DNA of 64,000 nucleotides from an uncultured Clostridia bacterium (GTDB taxonomy: Bacteria > Bacillota > Clostridia > Christensenellales > Borkfalkiaceae): the NCBI GenBank assembly GCA_964468085.1, contig CAYXTN010000002.1, positions 12 through 64,011 on the forward strand. The letters are read 5' to 3'. The position numbers were made by a program, and so were the translations under genes. The first letter of the stretch is position 1. The number at the start of each line of letters is the position of its first letter. Below are positions 18,232-26,720 of the stretch, piece by piece. A model generated the notes under the pieces. That model was not told where the DNA came from. It worked only from the letters and a program-made list of their open reading frames with translations, and searched no databases.

Positions 18232-19821
18232 GTGAAAAAATTACTCAATATCACAAACGAGCAAATAAAAGAGAGAGGTGTGCAGGCGTTAGCCGACAGA
18301 CCTAACGCCGCCAACCAATACGGACAGAGTGGGCTTACGGCGGCGCAGTTAAAGCTCTGGTTTGATAAGCTCGCCACATTCCTTGCAGGCAAGATTAACG
18401 AGATACAAAATGTTATTTCGGGCGAGGAGGCAGGCGAGTACATCAGGGTAAAGCTGGACGACTACGGTGTTGATAACCTCGACAGTCTGGTTGCGGCTTT
18501 CCTGAGCGGCGATTTTGCGGCGGACATTCTCAAAGTTTATCCGTCCGTAAGCGCAACGCAGGCTGTGGCGTTACAGACGCTCTTAAACAACACGGCTCTC
18601 ACTATAAGCCAACACGCAGAAAAACTTGACGCTCTCGATACGGGCAAGCTCGATAAGGTTACGGCGTCGCATACATACAGGCGAGCCTACATCATAACGC
18701 CTGAGGGCGAGCAGAGCGTAATAATCGTCTCTGAGAGCCCTGCTGAGGGGCGTGTGCCTGTTTACACGACGGAGGGCAGGATTAACGCTGCGGATCCTGT
18801 TGTGGACGGACAGGTGGCTACTAAGCGTTATACGGACGCTCAGGATAAAAAGCTGGCGTGTAATATCGACGCTGAAATAGATCCTACCAACTATGTAATG
18901 ACGGTCAAGCTCAAAAACAGTCTCGGTCAACAGCTTAGCCAGACGCAGATTGACTTACCGCTCGAAACGGTGGTAGTGGGCGGCAGGTACGACGAGGCGA
19001 GCAAGCAGGTTGTCCTGACGCTTGAAAACGGCGAGGATATTACTTTTAGTATTGCAGACCTCATAGACGGGCTCGTAAGCAGCTCTAAGCATAACAGCGA
19101 CATTGAGCAGGCAAACGAGAGAATCAACGATACGAACGCCGACCTCAACGCATTTAAGGACTATGTGGAGGAGCATAAGGTCTATGCCTCTGCGTCGATG
19201 TATGCGGAGGAGGCGGAGACGGCAAGAGGCTATGTCGGCGGCGGCAAGATAGACAGGCAATTCCGTCAAATCTTTGCGCACGGTGCTTTTGCGCTCGATG
19301 TGTCGATGGATAGCGACTATAAGCTGACGGTTGCTCTTAAAAACAAAAAGGGCGAGACGATAAGCAGCGGTATGGTTGACCTGCCTATTGAAAGCCTGAT
19401 CGCCCACGCCTCATACAAAAATAAAATTCTTACGCTTACTTTCCAGAACGGGGAGCCGCTGAATATCAACATTTCGGAGATTGTGAGCGGACTCGTACCC
19501 GAAACGAGAAAGATAAACGACAAACCGCTTACGGCGGACATCACGCTTATTGCAAGCGATGTAGGGGCGTATGCAAAGGACGAAACTTACTCTAAGGCTC
19601 AGACGAATACAGCCATAAATAACGCCGTGGACGACGCTAAGACGACGCTCAGGGGCGAAATGGCAGAGATGGGCGGCGGAGCAGGCGGAGGCTCTGATGG
19701 GGCTACGGAGGTGTTTTACGCTCAGGAGGCGGAAACAGCTCACGGCTATACGAAAGGCGGAGCCATCGACAAACAATTTAAGGCAATTTTAAGGCGTTTG
19801 AAAACGCTCGAAAATAATTAA
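18232..19821 (+). CDS. Tail fibre-like protein with an internal two-fold duplication
   Basis: The start is GTG, preceded by aaggagg. The unit Y[VK][ML]TV.LKN..G...S....DLP[LI]E occurs twice, and the motif YA.EAETA.GY..GG.ID.QF occurs twice. Confidence 0.6.
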   Translation: MKKLLNITNEQIKERGVQALADRPNAANQYGQSGLTAAQLKLWFDKLATFLAGKINEIQNVISGEEAGEYIRVKLDDYGVDNLDSLVAAFLSGDFAADILKVYPSVSATQAVALQTLLNNTALTISQHAEKLDALDTGKLDKVTASHTYRRAYIITPEGEQSVIIVSESPAEGRVPVYTTEGRINAADPVVDGQVATKRYTDAQDKKLACNIDAEIDPTNYVMTVKLKNSLGQQLSQTQIDLPLETVVVGGRYDEASKQVVLTLENGEDITFSIADLIDGLVSSSKHNSDIEQANERINDTNADLNAFKDYVEEHKVYASASMYAEEAETARGYVGGGKIDRQFRQIFAHGAFALDVSMDSDYKLTVALKNKKGETISSGMVDLPIESLIAHASYKNKILTLTFQNGEPLNINISEIVSGLVPETRKINDKPLTADITLIASDVGAYAKDETYSKAQTNTAINNAVDDAKTTLRGEMAEMGGGAGGGSDGATEVFYAQEAETAHGYTKGGAIDKQFKAILRRLKTLENN

Positions 19822-19836
19822 CAGGAGGACAATTTA

Positions 19837-20886
19837 ATGGTATCTGAAAAGAGCAAAATTTACGGCGTAGATAATGTGGGGCAGTCCACGCCTACGCTTG
19901 CGAGGACGGATAGCGCAATCGGGTTGACGGTAACGGTAGGCACGAGCGAAATCAAAAGCGATTTTGACCGTTGCTACCCGTGGAGCGATATGCACGAGGT
20001 CGTGGACGAGCACGGAAATGTGTTTATCAAAATCCCTAAGTTTTACAGCAGAATTACGAAAAATACCAACGGTACCCATAAGCACCAGCTTTCGGGCTAC
20101 CGTTACGATGGTTTTACCACGCTGTTTGTGGACGGACAGGGCAACGAAATCGACTATGTGCTTGTCGGCAAGTACGAGGCGAGCGGCAGCAAGAGTAGGG
20201 CGTATTCCCAGAAAGGCAAGACCTGTCTCGTCAATATCACTCTGCCTGAAATGCGGACGGCTTGCAGGGCAAACGGTGAGGGCTACCAGCAGTACGACTT
20301 GCTGATAGACCAGATCATTAAAGAGCTGTGGCTTATCGAGATGGCAACTACAAACTGTCAGTCCATTATGTACGGCTACGCAAACGGCAACTCGGCGGCA
20401 GTACAGACGGGCAGAACGGACGGCGTTAAAACCGCCTCTGGCTCCGAGGTAAGCAACACGGACGGCAAACACGCCTGCAAGTACAGAGGCATTGAGAATC
20501 CGTGGGGCAATATCTGGAAATGGGTTGACGGTATCAATTTCCACGACAGCGAAATGTACATCTGCCTCGATCCTACAAAGTATGAATCGGACAAATTTGC
20601 GCCGCCTTATTTCTATGTGGGCAGCTCCGAGGTTGACGGGTATGTAAGCGGCATTGAATACTTTGACAAATTCCCTCTCCTCGGCTTTCCTACTGAGGGA
20701 GACGCAAGCGAGACCACTCATTACTGCGATTACGGCTATGTGGAGCCTGAGGGCGACTATGTGCTGCGTGTCGGCGGTACTTGGAGCGACGGGCTCGATG
20801 CTGGTCTTTGGCTTCTGTATGGTTACGTTGACTCGTCTTTCTACGTCTCGTACTGCGGCGGTCGCCTTTGTTATAAGCCTCTTTAA
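19837..20886 (+). CDS. DGR target protein: variable receptor-binding protein with a C-terminal lectin-fold-type variable region
   Basis: The RBS reads aggagg. The last ~40 codons are the VR, which pairs with the downstream TR. The C-terminal sequence is GGTWSDGLDAGLW...GGR. Confidence 0.85.
   Translation: MVSEKSKIYGVDNVGQSTPTLARTDSAIGLTVTVGTSEIKSDFDRCYPWSDMHEVVDEHGNVFIKIPKFYSRITKNTNGTHKHQLSGYRYDGFTTLFVDGQGNEIDYVLVGKYEASGSKSRAYSQKGKTCLVNITLPEMRTACRANGEGYQQYDLLIDQIIKELWLIEMATTNCQSIMYGYANGNSAAVQTGRTDGVKTASGSEVSNTDGKHACKYRGIENPWGNIWKWVDGINFHDSEMYICLDPTKYESDKFAPPYFYVGSSEVDGYVSGIEYFDKFPLLGFPTEGDASETTHYCDYGYVEPEGDYVLRVGGTWSDGLDAGLWLLYGYVDSSFYVSYCGGRLCYKPL
20761..20869 (+). repeat. DGR variable repeat (VR)
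   Basis: It gives an ungapped 109-nt alignment to 20962-21070. There are 20 mismatches, all at positions where the TR has A. Confidence 0.9.
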
Positions 20887-20896
20887 GAGAGGGATT

Positions 20897-20922
20897 GCTA
20901 AGGGGGAAACCTCCCCCTTAGC
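20897..20922 (+). promoter_or_regulatory. Perfect 11-bp hairpin with a 4-nt loop downstream of the VR; candidate DGR target-recognition cruciform, possibly also a terminator
   Basis: The stem is gctaaggggga / tcccccttagc with the loop aacc. It lies about 27 nt after the VR end. Confidence 0.6.
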
Positions 20923-20961
20923 ATATATTTAATTCAACATTACAGGGTAGTGTGTGCAGCG

Positions 20962-21070
20962 GTGCTGAATGTCGGCGGTAATTGGAACAACAGGCTCAAT
21001 GCTGGTCTTTGGAATCTGAATGGTAACAATGACTCGTCTAACTACAACTCGAACTACGGCGGTCGCATTT
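20962..21070 (+). repeat. DGR template repeat (TR)
   Basis: It is the invariant, adenine-rich (AAY-rich) copy of the VR. It lies in the non-coding gap between the target gene and the RT. Confidence 0.9.
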
Positions 21071-21185
21071 TAATCTTAATTCGGTCTATGAAACACGCAC
21101 AATCCTTGCCCCTTGGCAAAAAACACTTCGATAAGAGGGCGGCTTAGTAGGTTAAATCTCGAAACGCCGTGAGAAGATTAAAAGT

Positions 21186-22283
21186 ATGAAACGGGTAGGC
21201 TATTTATACGAAAAGATGTTAAACCTTGACCTCATAAAGCTGGCGATACATAAGGCAGCTCAGGGCAAGACAACACGAGGCTACATAGCAGTAGTCCTTA
21301 ATGATATTGATAGCTACGCCCAGCAAATAAAAACTATGCTTGAAACGGACAGCGTAACGCTGAGCCCAAACAGGCAAATTACACTCTTTGACCGCTCCTG
21401 TCAAAAGACGAGGATTATAACGGTACCAAAGTTTTATCCAGACCAGATAATACATTGGGTGGTAATGCTCGTTATGGAGCCCATCATAAAGCGTGGTATG
21501 TACCGATATTCCTGCGGTAGCGTACCAAACAGGGGCGGTATGGAGGCAAAACGCTTTGTAGAGCGTGTTATCGAGAAAGACAAAGCTCGGTATGTCGCAA
21601 AGCTGGATATATCAAAGTTTTTCAACAATGTAAAGCCAGCAATCCTGATGTCTCTATTTCGGCGCAAAATCAAAGACGAGCGGTTTTTGGGGCTGATAGA
21701 GAAAATCTTGGAGAACGGCGGCAACTGCCTCCCGATAGGATATTACACCTCGCAATGGTTTAGCAATTTCTATTTAGAGAGATTCGACCACTTTGTGAAA
21801 GAGCAGCTAAGAGTGCAGGACTACATAAGGTTTGTGGACGATATGGTGTTATTCGGCACGAACAAACGAAAGCTCCGCAGGGCTGTCGAGGCAATGAACG
21901 AGTATCTGAAAGCTAACCTCGGCGTGGAACTGAAAGGCAATTATCAGTTCTGGAAAATCCATAGCCGCCCGATAGACTTTGTGGGATTCCGCTTTTACAA
22001 GAACAAAACGCTGCTCAGAAAGAAAATCTACTACCGTTTATGTCGTCGCCTGCGGAATGTCAAAAAGGCGAACTACATCACGGTAAAGCAAGCTCAGGGG
22101 CTGTTGTCTCTTACAGGCTGGCTAACTCACATTAACGGCTTAAAATTCTACAAGGAGAAAATTTACCCGATTGCTCCTAAGTGGAAACTAAAAAGCATAG
22201 TAAGCAAACACTCAAAAAAATTAAACGGAGGTAACATCAATGGCACGGGTATTCAGCAAAGAAAAGTGGCTGCAAACGGCTAA
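21186..22283 (+). CDS. DGR-type reverse transcriptase
   Basis: RT motifs are present: KLDISKFF, LPIGYYTSQWFSNFYL (the DGR-characteristic [LIV]GxxxSQ) and RFVDDMVLFG. It is adjacent to the TR/VR pair. Confidence 0.9.
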   Translation: MKRVGYLYEKMLNLDLIKLAIHKAAQGKTTRGYIAVVLNDIDSYAQQIKTMLETDSVTLSPNRQITLFDRSCQKTRIITVPKFYPDQIIHWVVMLVMEPIIKRGMYRYSCGSVPNRGGMEAKRFVERVIEKDKARYVAKLDISKFFNNVKPAILMSLFRRKIKDERFLGLIEKILENGGNCLPIGYYTSQWFSNFYLERFDHFVKEQLRVQDYIRFVDDMVLFGTNKRKLRRAVEAMNEYLKANLGVELKGNYQFWKIHSRPIDFVGFRFYKNKTLLRKKIYYRLCRRLRNVKKANYITVKQAQGLLSLTGWLTHINGLKFYKEKIYPIAPKWKLKSIVSKHSKKLNGGNINGTGIQQRKVAANG

Positions 22284-22446
22284 CAAGGACAGGGCAAAGG
22301 GTATTTTAACCCAGCAGGAAATCGACGACGCTCAGGAAATCTGGGTAAACGATCTCGACGGCAAAACCTACGAAGAAATCAACGCAAAGGGCGATGTCTG
22401 CACCAGAGAGGATTGGTTTGTTGAGACGGGCGGCGACAAAGGGTAA
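22240..22446 (+). CDS. Small acidic protein (68 aa) overlapping the RT 3' end, function unknown
   Basis: The RBS cggagg lies 9 nt before the ATG at 22240. The gene overlaps the RT by 44 nt. Confidence 0.5.
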   Translation: MARVFSKEKWLQTANKDRAKGILTQQEIDDAQEIWVNDLDGKTYEEINAKGDVCTREDWFVETGGDKG

Positions 22447-22457
22447 AGGGGCGCAGT

Positions 22458-22919
22458 ATGAAAATGGAATACAAACTCATTGACGACTGTCGCAAAGGCT
22501 TTATCCTGACGAGGGAGCCCGAAACGGTAACGGGAGAGCTGATTATATCGTTTACGGGCGCACCTGCAAACGCTACGGCGGTTTTTGAGAACGCAGAGGG
22601 CAATTCCCTGTACAGGCTCCTGAAAGACGAGACCTGCTCAATTCCTGCCGATTTCCTGAAAGGCTGTGTAAAGGTAACGGTTGCCGTTCTGAACGGAAAA
22701 GAGAGGGCACCGAAATACGCCTGCGAGGGCATTTACACGAAACCTGTACCGCCTGTCGGCGTTGTCGTCTGTCCTAACGGCATAGACACGGCGAAAGAGG
22801 TTATCGCCGCCCACGGCGAGATACAGGAAATCAAAAACCTTATTAAGGGGCTCAACAAGAGCCTCGACACCCTGAACGAGAAACTTGTAAAGTTGCTCGA
22901 TGGGTACGACTTTGAATAA
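22458..22919 (+). CDS. Hypothetical phage protein (153 aa) with a C-terminal coiled coil
   Basis: It is a clean ORF with a G-rich RBS region and sits in the co-directional late operon. Confidence 0.55.
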   Translation: MKMEYKLIDDCRKGFILTREPETVTGELIISFTGAPANATAVFENAEGNSLYRLLKDETCSIPADFLKGCVKVTVAVLNGKERAPKYACEGIYTKPVPPVGVVVCPNGIDTAKEVIAAHGEIQEIKNLIKGLNKSLDTLNEKLVKLLDGYDFE

Positions 22920-22934
22920 CGGGAGGCAAATACT

Positions 22935-23594
22935 ATGACTAAAAGATTACATACGGCATTATTGCTGACAATATGCGTTTCGCTGTGCTTGGCTATTATG
23001 CTGCTCTGTTGCGGTTTCACCGTAAGCACCGCACACGCCGCCACGAGCAACGAAACGCAGGCTGTGGCTGTCCTGAGCGACGGCGAGGACGACGGAGCGG
23101 CAGAGCCCTCCGAAACGGCTCCTGCGGTGCCTGAGACGCTGTGGACGAGGATTGAGCAGTGGTTTTCCAAAAACCTTGCAGAGTTTTTAGGATCCGTCAA
23201 TCTCGGCGCAGTTGCGGCGTGTATTGTTATGGTTATTCTCGAACGCAGAGGCAATAAGAAAGCTGCCAAAATTACAGCAGAATCGCTTGGGATAAATACT
23301 GACAGCAACAGCGAGGTTGTAAAGGCTGTAAACGGGCTTATTGAGAATTACAACGAGACTCTGGATAAACTACACGCTATGGAGACTAAGGCGGAACAGC
23401 AGGAGTATATTATTACAGAACTCAAAACCTCCTGCAAGGCGATTCTCGAAATCCTTGCTACGGTTTACGCCAACAATAAAAATATCCCTCAGGCGGTGAA
23501 AGACCTTGTAAATATCAAGTATGTGCAGGCTCTGAAAGCGGAGCTGCCTGTGTCCGTTGAGACGGAGGATAAGGGCGACGCAGAGGAGGGCTAA
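22935..23594 (+). CDS. Secreted or membrane-anchored phage protein (219 aa)
   Basis: The RBS reads gggagg. An N-terminal signal-like segment ends in AHAA. A second hydrophobic segment reads LGAVAACIVMVILE, and a coiled-coil tail follows. Confidence 0.6.
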   Translation: MTKRLHTALLLTICVSLCLAIMLLCCGFTVSTAHAATSNETQAVAVLSDGEDDGAAEPSETAPAVPETLWTRIEQWFSKNLAEFLGSVNLGAVAACIVMVILERRGNKKAAKITAESLGINTDSNSEVVKAVNGLIENYNETLDKLHAMETKAEQQEYIITELKTSCKAILEILATVYANNKNIPQAVKDLVNIKYVQALKAELPVSVETEDKGDAEEG

Positions 23595-23595
23595 T

Positions 23596-23997
23596 ATGAA
23601 AAATAAGACGAAAGGCAACATCATAAAATGGGTGTCGATCATACTCTGTGTTGCCGCTCCTCTTGCCGCCACCTTATCTCAATTTCCTGTCTGGATAGCG
23701 ACGAGCGACAGGGCAACCATCTCTGGTATAGTGGTCGTCCTCTTGTTCGTCTCCTGCGTTCCGTTTTTCAGGGTGATTAAGGAAAAGCTGAAATCCCCTG
23801 CGGCGTGGCTGGTGTGGACTATCCTCGCAGTCATTACAATTCTTTTAGCAAATATTATTTTTCAAATGCGGTTTGTCTGTATCGTCGGTGCCGTCTCTAA
23901 CGGCATAGGTGCCCTCCTGTTTAAGTGGGCGGAGCATATATCGAATAAACCAGATAAACCTAAGGACGGAGGTAACGGCAATGGCGGAGCCGATTAA
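23596..23997 (+). CDS. Small polytopic membrane protein (133 aa, ~4 TM), holin-like by size and topology only
   Basis: The ATG at 23596 follows gaggaggg. There are four hydrophobic stretches and a charged Gly/Asn/Asp C-terminal tail. Confidence 0.55.
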   Translation: MKNKTKGNIIKWVSIILCVAAPLAATLSQFPVWIATSDRATISGIVVVLLFVSCVPFFRVIKEKLKSPAAWLVWTILAVITILLANIIFQMRFVCIVGAVSNGIGALLFKWAEHISNKPDKPKDGGNGNGGAD

Positions 23998-24982
23998 GCC
24001 GATAGGCGAAAACAACAAAGAAAATAAGCCCTCGGTGGGTAAATCCATCGAGAGTATGCACAACACTAAGAAAAAGATCGCAAAAGGTTTTCTCAACAAT
24101 TCGGGAATTTTTGTAGGCGTATTCCTCGTGTTTGTTGTTATCGTGGTGTTTACCACGGATATACAGCTCAGCTCGTTTGCGGATTGGGCTAAGCTCGGTC
24201 TGGCGTTCTTTGTCTTGCTATTCTGCTCATATTCGATGTACATAAATTTTTCCGATACGGGTATGCGAGCAGGCAAGGAAAGCGACACCTACAAAAACAC
24301 TCTGGACGATTACGACAAAATCAAAAAGCAGATAATCGAGGACGGGCAACAGGGGCGGCTCCTTGAATTTTGCAGGCACTTTATTGTGGAGGAACTGCAA
24401 AGCACACGCCACGCCATTATAACCGAGGTAGGGCTTGATTTTAAGCTCTACAAGGAAAAGTACATAGGTCTGAGTAAAAAGGCGTTGGAACAGGTTAAAG
24501 AGCTCACGGAGCCTCAGAGAAAGGCGATTATAAAGGCAAACAGCGTCAAGCCTATCAAGCTAACGCCTGAGATGTTTTTCAAGCGTGGCAGGGGCGCAGG
24601 GCGCAGGGTGCCGCTCGGTACAAATCCTCACACGAAAAAGGGCGTAGCGTTCGCAGTCAAGTTTGTAAAAATTTCCGTAACAACGCTCCTGACGAGTATC
24701 ATTGTCTTAGATGTCGTCGTAAATCCGAATTGGGCGACCTTTGCGGCTTGCTGTCTGAAACTTATGCCTGTAATCCTGAATGGCTTTACAGGTTACAAGA
24801 TGGGCTATGAGAATATCGTGTACGATACGGTCAATTATATGAGCGACCAGATAGACCTTATCCATCAATTTCAGCAGTATGTGGCGGACAATCCTACACC
24901 AGAGGCTTTTACGGCTCCTGAGAGCGTGGAGGAAACGCCGCCCGATACAGAAAATACAGCGGCTCAGGACGAGGCTGTGTAG
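23981..24982 (+). CDS. Membrane protein (333 aa) with two pairs of TM segments flanking a helical cytosolic region
   Basis: The ATG at 23981 follows ggacggagg. It overlaps the previous gene by 17 nt. A terminator lies downstream. Confidence 0.6.
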   Translation: MAEPIKPIGENNKENKPSVGKSIESMHNTKKKIAKGFLNNSGIFVGVFLVFVVIVVFTTDIQLSSFADWAKLGLAFFVLLFCSYSMYINFSDTGMRAGKESDTYKNTLDDYDKIKKQIIEDGQQGRLLEFCRHFIVEELQSTRHAIITEVGLDFKLYKEKYIGLSKKALEQVKELTEPQRKAIIKANSVKPIKLTPEMFFKRGRGAGRRVPLGTNPHTKKGVAFAVKFVKISVTTLLTSIIVLDVVVNPNWATFAACCLKLMPVILNGFTGYKMGYENIVYDTVNYMSDQIDLIHQFQQYVADNPTPEAFTAPESVEETPPDTENTAAQDEAV

Positions 24983-25004
24983 CAATTATATAATAGAAAA
25001 ATAG

Positions 25005-25027
25005 GACGGGGTTGCCCGTCTTATTTT
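25005..25027 (+). terminator. Intrinsic terminator ending the phage late operon
   Basis: The stem is gacggg / cccgtc with the loop gttg, followed by ttatttt. Confidence 0.65.
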
Positions 25028-25039
25028 ATGTCTTTTTCG

Positions 25040-25260
25040 GTATGCAATATCTATACAAATGTAATGCACTTGCATAATGTTTGCAATGCAAATGTAATGC
25101 AAAGTTATACAAATCTAAATCTAAATCAAAAGGGAAAGATAAAGTTAAAGAGAAAGTAAAAGTTAAACCATAATCCCTAATCCTAAAAATAATTTTTATC
25201 TTAACATCGACAGACAGACTGACAGAATGTGCGTGCGCACACGAGGAAAGTTGATGTTTT
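25040..25260. repeat. AT-rich non-coding region dense in short direct repeats; candidate prophage end, recombinase-binding or iteron region
   Basis: The 13-mer CAAATGTAATGCA occurs at 25056-25068 and 25089-25101. Other repeats are the run aaatctaaatctaaatc, AAAGTTAAA twice, gacagacagactgacaga and the palindrome gtgcgcac. Confidence 0.5.
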
Positions 25261-25309
25261 TTTCTTTTTGTTTTTTTGAGAGGGAGGGCTTACGCCTGAT
25301 GGTGAGGGG

Positions 25310-25338
25310 TTGAAATTTTTTCGGTTATGTGTTATACT
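25310..25338 (+). promoter_or_regulatory. Sigma-70-like promoter upstream of the transposase
   Basis: The elements are TTGAAA, a 17-nt spacer and TATACT, about 30 nt upstream of the RBS aggagg. Confidence 0.45.
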
Positions 25339-25367
25339 TTTTCCACTTTCACTCAGGAGGATAGGTT

Positions 25368-26378
25368 ATGAGAGGTATGCGATACTCACCGAAAGAAAAG
25401 GAAAGAGCGTTGCGGTTGTGGCTCGTAGAGGGTAACGACATTCTCTGGGTTGCCAAAAAGACGAAATGCACGGAGCGCAGCTTATGGCGATGGAAAGCTC
25501 TTTACGATGGCACCCTGAAAAGCCTTGAAAACGGCTCCTGCGTTCCGCACACGCCGCATTTTAACGCACATACGAAAGAGGAGCGTAAGCAGATCGTGGA
25601 TATATTCACCGAGCACCCAGACATCACCTATGCGGAGGCTCTGGGGATTCTGCGCCAGCGTTACGCTTACAGCAGGACTTACTACGGGCTCTATCGGTTT
25701 GTGGTAAAGAACGGACTGCGCCCTCACGAGGAGGTCAAAGAGGTTTACAAACAGCAGCCGTACTTTACGCCTGAGATGTTAGGGCAGAAATGGCAGCTCG
25801 ATGTAAAGTTTGTGCCGAAAGAGTGCTACTTGGGGAATCTGGCTTACGAGAGGTTTTATCAGTACACGGTAATCGACGAGGCTACGAGGGAGAGATTTAT
25901 TTACGCCTATAACGAGCATAGCGGTTGGTCAACGGTTGATTTTATCAAGCGAGCCATCGTTTACTTTGGGTATATGCCTAACACGATACAGACGGATAAC
26001 GGCACGGAGTTTACTACTCCTGCGAACGCCAAAGAGGGTACCGTTCACATAATGGATATTCTCTTAGACAAGTTGCGGATCCGTCATAAGCTCATTGCGC
26101 CGAGAACACCGAGACATAACGGCAAGGTAGAGCGCAGCCATCGCTCAGACCAAGAGGCTTTTTATAATCACCTGACTTTTAACACGCTGGACGAATTGCA
26201 GGAAAAGATGGGAGAGTGGCTAAACAGATACAACGAACGCCCTCACTCCCAGCTCAGAAACAAAGAGGGTAAACGGGTTTGGTACTCGCCTCGGCAAAAG
26301 CGAGCTGAGCTTTTGGAAATCCTGAAAGAGTGCAGGGGTGAATACCGAGTACGGTTTATTAAGCCGAAAGCGGCTTAG
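25368..26378 (+). mobile_element. IS481-like (rve/DDE) transposase gene; element ends not identified
   Basis: The N-terminal region is HTH-like. The DDE triad context reads WQLDVKFVP, IQTDNGTEF and HNGKVERSHRS. It is a single 336-aa ORF at the phage/chromosome junction. Confidence 0.75.
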
Positions 26379-26404
26379 AGAAATAAAAAATACCGAGCGA
26401 TACA

Positions 26405-26433
26405 GGCTCTTTGAGAAATGAGAGCCCTTTTTT
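26405..26433 (+). terminator. Intrinsic terminator after the transposase
   Basis: The stem is ggctct / agagcc, followed by cTTTTTT. Confidence 0.6.
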
Positions 26434-26613
26434 GCTGTCCTGAAATCGGCAAAACAGCAATCTAAACAGGCAGAAATGGCAAAAATCAACCCAATTGAGC
26501 CTTGAACGGGGCTTTTTTGAGCCTGAAAAGCACCTTGCAAAAGAAAATTTTAGAAAAGTTAAGAAATTTTCTGAAAAATGCTTGACAAACATCACGCAAA
26601 TTGTCGAAAATAC

Positions 26614-26642
26614 TTGCAAACGGTGAACGTAAAGAGTATAAT
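26614..26642 (+). promoter_or_regulatory. Sigma-70-like promoter for the LbH-glmM-glmS operon
   Basis: The elements are TTGCAA, exactly 17 nt of spacer, and TATAAT. Confidence 0.6.
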
Positions 26643-26720
26643 GTATAAGATTAACTATATAATATAGTTTAATGCGTACGCGCGGGCGCTTGTTTATGCA
26701 CGCGCGAAAGTGGTGAAATT

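Noticed and set aside
20950-21147. 65-aa ORF (MCAAVLNVGGNWNNRLNAGLWNLNGNN...)
   Set aside because: It is the DGR template repeat read in the VR frame. It has no RBS. The Asn-rich translation is a by-product of the adenine-rich TR, not a gene.
21186-22283. Alternative identities for the RT: retron, group II intron or Abi-type RT
   Set aside because: There is no intron RNA domain or maturase/endonuclease extension, and no msr/msd-like inverted repeats. The [LIV]GxxxSQ motif plus an adjacent A-mutated TR/VR pair specifically indicates a DGR.
25260-26620. Terminal inverted repeats delimiting the IS481-like element
   Set aside because: I compared both flanks by eye and found no convincing IR pair or target-site duplication. 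Only the transposase gene is reported.
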